Shown here: positions 56,738-64,000 of the stretch, piece after piece | Layout: every line of letters begins with the position of its first letter | Position numbering within the stretch: position 1 is the stretch's first letter | Assembly: GCA_003599535.1 (NCBI GenBank) | Contig: QZKQ01000131.1 | Span: 22,612 to 86,611, forward strand | Source of the DNA: Candidatus Zixiibacteriota bacterium | Lineage (GTDB): Bacteria > Electryoneota > B3-LCP | Length of the DNA stretch: 64,000 nt | Reading direction: 5' to 3' | The notes under the pieces: generated by a model | Databases searched by the model: none | The model's input: the letters and a program-made list of their open reading frames with translations, nothing else | Told to the model about the DNA's origin: nothing | Program-made: the position numbers and the translations under genes

Positions 56738-58183
56738 TCATTGGATCTGCACCACTTCCACCGGCCCCAGGATTTCCAAGTTCGGGGCGATATCATCGGC
56801 CTTGGACACCACTACCATGACCATGTCCTCCGGGTGCAGGTACTTCTGCGCCACCCGGCGCACGTCCTCCGCGCTCACCGCTTCGATCCGGGAACGGTAC
56901 TTCTCGATGTAATCGGCTCCCAGTTCGAACAGGTCAATGTTCAGGAGCTGTCCGGCGATCTGGCTGGGAGTTTCGAAGTTCAGTGGATAGCTGCCGGTCA
57001 TATAGGACTTGGCTTCGGCCAGTTCCTGCTCGGTGGGGCCTTCCTGCTGGTACTGCTTCACCAGGTCAATGGTCCCCTGGATGGCTTCCAGGATGGACTC
57101 GTTCTTGGTGAAGGTATCAATCACGAACGGCCCGGTCTGCTTGCGGGCGGAGAAGTAGGAAGAGATGCCGTAGGTCAATCCCTTCTCGGCGCGGATGGTC
57201 TTCATCATGCGGGAAGCGAATCCGCCGCCGCCCATGATGTAGTTCATCACCATCAGGGGGAAGTAGTCTTCGCTGCGGCGGTCAACGCCCAGATGCCCCA
57301 AGCGGATCTGGGCCTGGGTGGCGTCCGGCTTGTTGACCACGTAGACGCGGTATCCGGTGGGGGCCGGCGGCAACTGGGCCTGTGGTGCGGCGTGGGAAGC
57401 GCCTTTCCAATCCCCCAGCAGTTTTTCCGCCAGGCGGAAGCCCTCCTTGGCGCTGACGTCGCCGACCACCGCCAGTGTGCTGTGCCCGGGCGCGAAAACT
57501 GTGCGGTACTGCGCCAGGACGTCATCCCGGGTGAAGGCTGCCACCGTCTCTTCCGTGCCGCCGATGGGCTGGGCGTAGGGGTACTGCCCGAACAGGCGCC
57601 GGTCGAACTCCTCATCCGCCAGCACGTCCGGTTGATCCTTGCTGTTCTCGATACCGGACAGGGTCTGCTGCCGCAGGCGTTCGATCTCTTCCGGGGCGAA
57701 GCTGGGATGGAGAGTCACCTGCCGCATCAATTCGACGGCGGTGTCCAGGTACTTGGCCAGGACGGTCGTCTCCACGTGGGAGGCGTCCCAGCTGCTGCCC
57801 GCGCCCAGGCTGCCGCCCACGAAGTCAATCTTATCCGCGATCTGGGTGGCGGAATATTTTTCCGTGCCCTGGGTCAGCAGCCCGGTCATGAACTGAGTCA
57901 GGCCGGCTTTGCCCGGGGGATCGTAGAAGCTGCCCGCCCGGGCCTGCAAGCGCAGACTGACCACCGGCAGTTCATGATGTTCCACCACGATGACTTTCAG
58001 ACCGTTCTTCAGGGTTTTCTCGTGGATGGGGGGCAACTTGACTGGCGCCAGAGCCGGGTTGGCCGGCGGGGTGTAGGTCGGAACCGCGTCAGGTTTGTCC
58101 GGCTGGGCGCCGGCGCCGGCCGGCAGCATAAGCATCCCCGCGATCAACAGGCCGGCGATGAGGGTTACAGGTCGTAGCATGGT
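56738..58183 (-). CDS. M16-family peptidase, non-catalytic (beta-like) subunit
   Basis: Signal peptide. M16 fold. No HxxEH motif. Confidence 0.7.
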   Translation of the reverse strand, partial: TMLRPVTLIAGLLIAGMLMLPAGAGAQPDKPDAVPTYTPPANPALAPVKLPPIHEKTLKNGLKVIVVEHHELPVVSLRLQARAGSFYDPPGKAGLTQFMTGLLTQGTEKYSATQIADKIDFVGGSLGAGSSWDASHVETTVLAKYLDTAVELMRQVTLHPSFAPEEIERLRQQTLSGIENSKDQPDVLADEEFDRRLFGQYPYAQPIGGTEETVAAFTRDDVLAQYRTVFAPGHSTLAVVGDVSAKEGFRLAEKLLGDWKGASHAAPQAQLPPAPTGYRVYVVNKPDATQAQIRLGHLGVDRRSEDYFPLMVMNYIMGGGGFASRMMKTIRAEKGLTYGISSYFSARKQTGPFVIDTFTKNESILEAIQGTIDLVKQYQQEGPTEQELAEAKSYMTGSYPLNFETPSQIAGQLLNIDLFELGADYIEKYRSRIEAVSAEDVRRVAQKYLHPEDMVMVVVSKADDIAPNLEILGPVEVVQIQ

Positions 58184-58199
58184 CATTCCTCCTTCTGGA

Positions 58200-59558
58200 T
58201 CAACGCTGGCCCATGGGTTCATTTTCGGGGATCAGGATTACCGTGGTGCGGTTGGTGGGGACGAAATACTTACCCACCACCTCGGCCACCTTCTCGGCCG
58301 TCACCGCCTGGTACTTGGACGGGATCTCGAACAGCAGCCGCCAATCGCCCGCCACGGTCTGGTACATGCCCAGGTTGTTGGCCTTGCGGGAATTGGTCTG
58401 CATGGCCAGGATGAAATCGGCCTCCAACTGGTTCTTGGCCTTCTGCAGCTCTTCGGGAGTGGGGGGATTCTGGGCCATGCCCTCGATGATGCCGAACAGC
58501 GCCTTTTCACCCGCCTCGATGTCATGGCCGATGGCCATGCCGCAGTAGGCGTAGAAGAGGCTGGGGTCCTTGGCCTCGTCGGCGGCACCGCCGGCGTACA
58601 GAGCGATCTGATCCTCGTAAACCATTTTGCGGTAGATGCGAGAGCTTTCCCCGTCGGACAGGATCTTCTGCGCCACGGCCAGGGCGGGCATATCCTCGTG
58701 GGCCATTTCCGGGATGTGATAGCCGCCGAACAGCATGGGCAGTTGCGCCCGGCGGTGCAGGTACACCCGACGCTCACCGCGCTGCGGCGGTTCCACGGTG
58801 GCCACCTCCGGAGGCGGCTCCTGGGCGGGAATGGCGCCGTAATACTTCTCCACGGTCTTGACCGCGTCCTCGGTTTTGAAGTCGCCCACGATCACCACGG
58901 TGGCATTGTTGGGGGCGTAGTGGATGCGGTGGTACTCCCGGCAATCTTCCAGGGTGATGGCGTTCAGGTCGGACATCCAGCCGACGATGGGCCACTGGTA
59001 GGGGTGCGCCGTATAAGCGTTGGCCATGAGCTGCTCGACCACGTCACCGAAGACGTTGTTGTCGGTGCGCATGCGGCGCTCTTCCTTGACCACCTCCCGC
59101 TCGGAAGCCAGGTTCTCCGCGGTGATGGCCAGGTTGGCCTGGCGCTCGGCTTCCATGGCGACGACCAGTTCCAGCTTGTCCGAGGCGATGTTCTCGTAGT
59201 ACACCGTCATATCATTGGAGGTGAAGGCGTTCAGCCGCCCTCCCTGCGCCTGGACGATATTGGCGTGCTCTTCCGGCCCGTACTTCTTCGATCCCTTAAA
59301 CATCATGTGCTCGAAGAGGTGGGAGATGCCGGTAATGCCGGGCCGTTCGTTGCGCGACCCGACGTTGAACCACACCTGGTAGGAAACCACGGGCGCGGAA
59401 TGATCTTCCCAGGCCAGGATGCGCAGACCGTTGGGCAGGATGTGTTCGCTGACGCCGGTGGCGGGAATGATGGGCCCGCCCTGGGTCTTGGGCTCATCGG
59501 CCCGAACGCCGGCCGTCATTCCCAGCAGCAGGGCCAGCGCCAGGATGAGTCGTTTCAT
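58200..59558 (-). CDS. M16-family zinc peptidase (insulinase/pitrilysin-like), catalytic subunit
   Basis: Signal peptide. Inverted zincin motif HLFEHMMFKG with a downstream Glu (EREVVKEE). Confidence 0.8.
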   Translation of the reverse strand: MKRLILALALLLGMTAGVRADEPKTQGGPIIPATGVSEHILPNGLRILAWEDHSAPVVSYQVWFNVGSRNERPGITGISHLFEHMMFKGSKKYGPEEHANIVQAQGGRLNAFTSNDMTVYYENIASDKLELVVAMEAERQANLAITAENLASEREVVKEERRMRTDNNVFGDVVEQLMANAYTAHPYQWPIVGWMSDLNAITLEDCREYHRIHYAPNNATVVIVGDFKTEDAVKTVEKYYGAIPAQEPPPEVATVEPPQRGERRVYLHRRAQLPMLFGGYHIPEMAHEDMPALAVAQKILSDGESSRIYRKMVYEDQIALYAGGAADEAKDPSLFYAYCGMAIGHDIEAGEKALFGIIEGMAQNPPTPEELQKAKNQLEADFILAMQTNSRKANNLGMYQTVAGDWRLLFEIPSKYQAVTAEKVAEVVGKYFVPTNRTTVILIPENEPMGQR

Positions 59559-59675
59559 GGTACCTCCGAATCATCGTGATATATGGAAAAGGACTGTGGA
59601 CAACATGGCGAGGGGTGAGGCGAACCTCACCCCTGCCTCATATTAGACGCCGTTTTTGGCGCAGGGATGCTCCGC

Positions 59676-60893
59676 TCACTGCTGTCTGTTCAAGGCCTCG
59701 ATCTGCAGGTTGATCAGTTCCACCACATCGGGACGGTAACCCAGGTGGCGGTACTGCAGGCGCCCTTCCCGGTCTACCACGTACAGGGTGGGGATGCCGG
59801 AGACGTCGTAGTCCCGGGACGTGCCCTGGTTGAACAGCACCGGGAAAGTGTACTGGTGCTCCGCGATGAAGGGGGCCACCTTGCTGGTATCCTTATCCGT
59901 GGTGATGGCCAGCAGTTCAATGCCCCGCTCCTTCCACCTGGAATACTCGGCCTGCAGCAGCGGCAGTTCCCGCTTGCAGGGACCGCACCAGGTGGCCCAG
60001 AAGTCCACCAGGACGATGCGCCCGCGGTAGTCCGACAGCTTGACCGTGCGCCCATCCAGGCTTTTCAGTTCGAAGTCTTTGGCGGGCTCGTTCAGACGCT
60101 TCTCCACCAGCCGAGTGCGCTCGGCCTGGGCGATCTCTTCGTGCCGCGACTTCAAGTACTGCTCGAGCCCGGACAAGTCGCCGCGCAGCAGGGTATAGGA
60201 TTCCTGCAGCACGCTGTGGACCTCTTCGTCCTCGCGGTCGCCCAGGTAGTAGTCGGCCTGGACCGCCCAGTCCAGCGCCGCCTGCGGATTCTTCAACTGC
60301 CATTCCGCCAGGGCCAGGTGCTTGAACACCTCGTAATCCGGCTCGTCGGCGGTCAGGGAATCCACCTGCAGGAAGATCTCCCGCGCGGCCTTGGCCTCGC
60401 CCTGCTTCAGCAGGACATAGCCCTGGGTGTCCAACACGTAGGCCAGCATGGAGGCCTGCCGCTCCTGCCAGGCTTTGGCCGACCGATCCTCGGGCGGCGG
60501 AAGTTTCAGCATTTGTCGTTGGGCACCGGCCGCGTGCCGGGCGAATTCCAATGCCTTGTCCAGGGCGGTGTCGGCTTGCGCCAGGGCGTAGGCCAGCGTG
60601 TTCAGCGGGTTGGGTGACGGCGGCTTGTATTGCAGCAGATGGTCGCCCAGCCGCACCATGTCGGCCGGGCGGTGTTCCTTGGCCAGCAGGTTGGCGAAGC
60701 TGCCCAGGGCGTCATGGTAGCCGGAATCGCCCCGTGCTTCGGCAGCGTACTGCCAGTACAGGGCGATGGCCTTGCCGGGATCCTGCTCCGCTTTGGCCTG
60801 CTGCAGGAGCGGGTGCTCGGCCCGGGATACCTGGCACAGCAGTGCGGCGGCCAACCCCGCCGCGGCCAGGAGACGTGTCCAGAACATCGGCAT
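59676..60893 (-). CDS. Secreted TPR-like domain plus thioredoxin-fold thiol:disulfide oxidoreductase (TlpA/ResA-like)
   Basis: Signal peptide. Helical repeat N-domain. C-terminal WATWCGPCKRELP thioredoxin motif. Confidence 0.75.
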   Translation of the reverse strand: MPMFWTRLLAAAGLAAALLCQVSRAEHPLLQQAKAEQDPGKAIALYWQYAAEARGDSGYHDALGSFANLLAKEHRPADMVRLGDHLLQYKPPSPNPLNTLAYALAQADTALDKALEFARHAAGAQRQMLKLPPPEDRSAKAWQERQASMLAYVLDTQGYVLLKQGEAKAAREIFLQVDSLTADEPDYEVFKHLALAEWQLKNPQAALDWAVQADYYLGDREDEEVHSVLQESYTLLRGDLSGLEQYLKSRHEEIAQAERTRLVEKRLNEPAKDFELKSLDGRTVKLSDYRGRIVLVDFWATWCGPCKRELPLLQAEYSRWKERGIELLAITTDKDTSKVAPFIAEHQYTFPVLFNQGTSRDYDVSGIPTLYVVDREGRLQYRHLGYRPDVVELINLQIEALNRQQ

Positions 60894-60988
60894 ACCTCAA
60901 GTTGAAGAGGACTGAAGCGTTGGCCCGGACTATGTCGCCGATCGGAGGGCCGGGGAAGCGTAAACGCGTGAGTCCTGGTTGAATCCGA

Positions 60989-63400
60989 TTATTTGACTTC
61001 CAGTTTGTAAGGCATCAGCATCAGCGGTTCGCTGCCATAGACCTGCAGGGCCAGGTAGAGCGGCTCCAGCGCCTGGCGGATATCCTTGGGCAGGGGGCGC
61101 TGCTTCAGCCGGACCAGGTCGCCGAGGGCAGTGTCGAAGAAGCCCTTCTGCTCGGGCATGACTTTCAGATCCAGCGCTGCACCGGATTCCACGCCCAACT
61201 GGCCGCGAACGATTTCGAAGGCCAGGTCCATGCCGCCCATCAGGTCCACCAGTTGCCGTTCCTGGGCCTGCTGCCCGGTCCAGACGCGGCCTCGAGCCAC
61301 GTCGTCCACCGCTTCCTTGGTCAGGTCGCGTTCCTGCGCCACCCGGGTGATGAAATCGTCGTAGAATTCCTCGATGCCGTCCTGCAGCAGGGCCAACTCT
61401 TCCTCGTCGAAGGGGCGGGATAGGGTGAAGGCGTCGGCGTGTTCCCCGCGCTTGAAAATGTGGGTGTTGTACCCGATCTTGTCGTACAGGCCATCCAGGT
61501 TGGGCTTCAGGGCGATGACGCCGATGGACCCGGTGATGGTGCCGGGTTCGGCGATGACGGTGTCCGCTCCCATGGCGATGTAGTACCCGCCGGAAGCGGC
61601 CACGTTACCCATGGAGACGATGAAGGGCTTGCGGTTCTTGCCGGTGGTGGTGCGCACGACTTCCCGGTAGATGATCTCCGAAGCGATGCCCGACCCGCCG
61701 GGGGAATCCACCCGCATGATGATGGCGTCCACGGATCCATCCTCACGGGCCTTCCTGATTGCGCCGGCGATGGTTTCGGCGCCCATCAGCGCGCCGCCGA
61801 ACAGCTCCTGGCTGCTTTCCCCGGAAACGATGGCGCCCTCGGCGTAAATCACCGCCACCTTGGGGATGCGCATGTCGGGCCACTCTTCCTGGTAGTAGCC
61901 GGTGCGCCAGTAGGCTTCGTCGCTGGTCATGATGTAATCCTGGTCCTCCAGGCGCTCCTTCAGGACGTCGTGGTGCACCAGCGAATCCACCAGGCCGTCG
62001 TCCACCGCCCACTGGGCGAAGTAGGGTCCCCGGTCAATCAGGGCCTTGACGGTGTCCGGTTCCCAGTTGCGGCCGGCGGCGATTTCCGACACGAGCTGAT
62101 CGTACAGGCCGTCCAGCAGCCAGTTGATCATCTCGGCTTCCGCCTCGGGGGTATCATAGTACAGAAAGGAGTTGCCCGCAGTCTTGTAATCGCCCACCCG
62201 GGCCACCTGGGCGCCGATGCCCAGCTTGTCCATGGTCCCCTTCCAGTAGGAGAGTTCGGCCAGCAGGCCGTGCAGATCCACCATACCCACGGGCAACAGG
62301 TAGATCTCGTCGCACAGGCTGGCCAAGTAGTAGTCCCGCTGGGAATAGGATTCCGACCAGGCCATCAGTTTTTTGCCCGTGGCCTTGAAATCTTCCAGGC
62401 TGCGGCGCACCTGCTGCATCTGGGCCCAGCCGATGTCGGGATTGTTGAAATTGATCAGCAGGCCGTCCACCTTGGGGTCGTCGGCGTATTCCTGGATCTG
62501 GCGGCGCAACTGCCGCAGCGTCATGCCGCTCATTGGCCGGAAGAAGGAGAACGGAGCTTCCGTCTCGCGGATTTCCCCTTCCAGGGTCATCTCCACGATC
62601 TGGTGATCCGGCGGCGAGAAGAAGTTGCGGAACCGGTCGGAGGTCAGGTGCAGGTAACCCACGCTGGCCAGGTGATCGCCGTTCTCGTTCATGCGGCGGT
62701 AGTTGCCCAGGGTCACGTTGTCAATGGCCAGCGACAACCCGGCGGCGAAGATCTGGCTGTCGGTGCGGTATTCCCCGGTCAGGCGCAGGCCGTCAATGGG
62801 CACCGCTTCCAGGCGCAGCAGGGGGTCGAGTTCATCGCCGTAATCATGGGTGGTAGACTTGGTGAAGAGCAGGTCGCCGGACAGGGTCAGCCGGTAGCCG
62901 AATGGCCGCACGGCCAGGCCCGCGCCGTAGGTGGGGTACAGTTCCACCCCCTCCCGCAGGGGGCGGTTCAGGTCGTAGGCCACCGCGCCGGCGCTGATGA
63001 AGGGCAAGGGGCGGAAGCCCAGCCCCAGGTTCCAGCTTCCTTCCCAGTCCACGGCGCGATACCAGCTCTTGCTGACGCCGAAATGGAAAAAGCGGCTGAA
63101 GGGCAGGCCCAGGCCGATTTCGTAGCGGTTGAACTGTTGCTGGTCGTTGGTGACCCAGTCCCCGGTGAAGCCCAGCGGACCCAGCTTGACGGCCAGGCCG
63201 AAATCCTCGTCGCCGGTACTGTCGTAGGGAACCAGGAAGAAGGCTTCCACTCCCGACCGGGCTCCCAGCCAGGCGGGATTGACCCGGGTGGACAGGGCAT
63301 TGTCGGTAACAGCGATGGAGGTGGAAGGTAGCGTGATCCCCTGGGCCCAGGTACTGCCGGCCAGGATCAGGAGCAACAGGAAGACGAGCAGTTTTCTCAT
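60989..63400 (-). CDS. sppA: Signal peptide peptidase SppA (protease IV, 67K type) with an extra ~250-aa N-terminal beta-rich domain
   Basis: Two ClpP-like halves. Catalytic region VSMGNVAASGGYYIAMGADTVIAEPGTITGSIG. 803 aa, against ~600 for a typical 67K SppA. Confidence 0.75.
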   Translation of the reverse strand: MRKLLVFLLLLILAGSTWAQGITLPSTSIAVTDNALSTRVNPAWLGARSGVEAFFLVPYDSTGDEDFGLAVKLGPLGFTGDWVTNDQQQFNRYEIGLGLPFSRFFHFGVSKSWYRAVDWEGSWNLGLGFRPLPFISAGAVAYDLNRPLREGVELYPTYGAGLAVRPFGYRLTLSGDLLFTKSTTHDYGDELDPLLRLEAVPIDGLRLTGEYRTDSQIFAAGLSLAIDNVTLGNYRRMNENGDHLASVGYLHLTSDRFRNFFSPPDHQIVEMTLEGEIRETEAPFSFFRPMSGMTLRQLRRQIQEYADDPKVDGLLINFNNPDIGWAQMQQVRRSLEDFKATGKKLMAWSESYSQRDYYLASLCDEIYLLPVGMVDLHGLLAELSYWKGTMDKLGIGAQVARVGDYKTAGNSFLYYDTPEAEAEMINWLLDGLYDQLVSEIAAGRNWEPDTVKALIDRGPYFAQWAVDDGLVDSLVHHDVLKERLEDQDYIMTSDEAYWRTGYYQEEWPDMRIPKVAVIYAEGAIVSGESSQELFGGALMGAETIAGAIRKAREDGSVDAIIMRVDSPGGSGIASEIIYREVVRTTTGKNRKPFIVSMGNVAASGGYYIAMGADTVIAEPGTITGSIGVIALKPNLDGLYDKIGYNTHIFKRGEHADAFTLSRPFDEEELALLQDGIEEFYDDFITRVAQERDLTKEAVDDVARGRVWTGQQAQERQLVDLMGGMDLAFEIVRGQLGVESGAALDLKVMPEQKGFFDTALGDLVRLKQRPLPKDIRQALEPLYLALQVYGSEPLMLMPYKLEVK

Positions 63401-63454
63401 GGGGTCCTCGCAGCCAATATATTCGCGGGGCCGCTGCGCGCCCCGCCCGGGATA

Positions 63455-64000
63455 TCAGTACAATTTCTTGCGCTTGTTGAGGTACTCCACCAGGGCAAAG
63501 TCGTATGGCTGGCGGGTGTCGAAGAGGGCGTAATCCACCCCGTTTTCCCGGCAGCCGGTTTTCAGTTCCTCCAGGAAGCGGCCCATCTCCTCCTGGTAAG
63601 CCTGGCGCAAGTGCCACGGCTGGGTGATGATCATTTCGTCTGTTTCCAGGTCGTGGAAGCGGGCGTCGCGGGGAAAGGCGAAGGAGCGTTCCAGGGGGTC
63701 CAGCACTTGCAGGACGATAACCTCATGGCCGTCCCAGCGGAAGTGCTTCAGGCCGGAAAGGAGGTCCGCCGGCTCGTCCAGCAGGTCGGAAATCAGGATG
63801 ATCAGGCCGCGGCGCTTCATGCGCTCGGCCACCCGGTGGAGGGCCTCCCCCACCCCGGTCTTGCCCGATGGCTGCACCGCCTCCAGTTCGGCCAGGATCA
63901 GGTTCAGGTAACCGCGCACCGACCTGGGCGGCAGCAGCTTGCGCAGGTGGTCATCGAACAGGGCCAGCCCCACGGCGTCGCGCTGTTCCAGCATCAGGTA
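63455..64000 (-). CDS. DUF58-domain protein (vWA-like, MoxR-associated), C-terminal part; gene continues beyond the window
   Basis: C-terminal DUF58 pattern (LIILISDLLDEP ... VIVLQVLDP). The frame is open to the window edge. Confidence 0.6.
   Translation of the reverse strand, partial: YLMLEQRDAVGLALFDDHLRKLLPPRSVRGYLNLILAELEAVQPSGKTGVGEALHRVAERMKRRGLIILISDLLDEPADLLSGLKHFRWDGHEVIVLQVLDPLERSFAFPRDARFHDLETDEMIITQPWHLRQAYQEEMGRFLEELKTGCRENGVDYALFDTRQPYDFALVEYLNKRKKLY

Noticed and set aside
56741-63331. Long plus-strand ORFs antisense to M16 peptidases, TlpA and SppA (56741-58177, 58095-59579, 59667-60617, 61439-63331)
   Set aside because: Antisense artefacts of GC-rich coding DNA. Low-complexity G/A/R/V/D composition.

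Overview
This is a GC-rich (about 65%) chromosomal segment that is almost fully coding. It appears to come from an FCB-group bacterium with a type IX secretion system (T9SS). The basis for that is several large secreted proteins ending in the T9SS C-terminal sorting domain (YPNPFNP ... KMVLLK) and a PorX-type response regulator. The lineage is probably an uncultured candidate phylum.

Gene content, in window order:
- Housekeeping genes: rho (partial), cdaA, tsaB, tsaE, mltG, a uvrD/pcrA-family helicase, nadC, a pseudouridine synthase, and selA.
- A PorX-like regulator sits inside the tsaB-tsaE-cdaA operon.
- A secreted S8 subtilase with a T9SS C-terminal domain.
- A histidine kinase and CheY-like regulator co-transcribed with a GH57 glycogen gene set (GH57 amylase/glucanotransferase, GH57 branching enzyme, a GalT-family enzyme).
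- A tandem array of three paralogous T9SS cargo proteins of unknown function.
- Two isolated bacterial-microcompartment shell genes (BMC-H); one carries an unusual C-terminal Rho-N/SAP-like tail.
- A lower-GC two-gene island encoding glycosyltransferase family 39 paralogs, followed by an NAD-dependent epimerase and a GDP-fucose synthase.
- A PtsN-like EIIA protein and a fusion of a TatD-family hydrolase to a small radical-SAM domain.
- A six-gene multiheme cytochrome operon. It resembles Geobacter Cbc-type inner-membrane cytochrome bc complexes.
- An SPFH protein and an NfeD protease, separated by two small genes.
- Two tandem B12-binding radical SAM paralogs.
- An M16 peptidase pair, a TPR-thioredoxin (TlpA) protein, an enlarged SppA, and a partial DUF58 gene.

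No rRNA, tRNA or CRISPR array was recognised. Several Rho-independent terminators are visible. So are palindromic REP-like elements, a shared upstream motif in front of two T9SS cargo genes, and a candidate ~280-nt structured ncRNA between convergent genes.

The most interesting system is the cytochrome operon: [multiheme c + di-heme b] x2, then a 17-18-heme NapC-type cytochrome and a small predicted outer-membrane barrel. The long ORFs antisense to real genes in the supplied track are treated as GC-driven artefacts.
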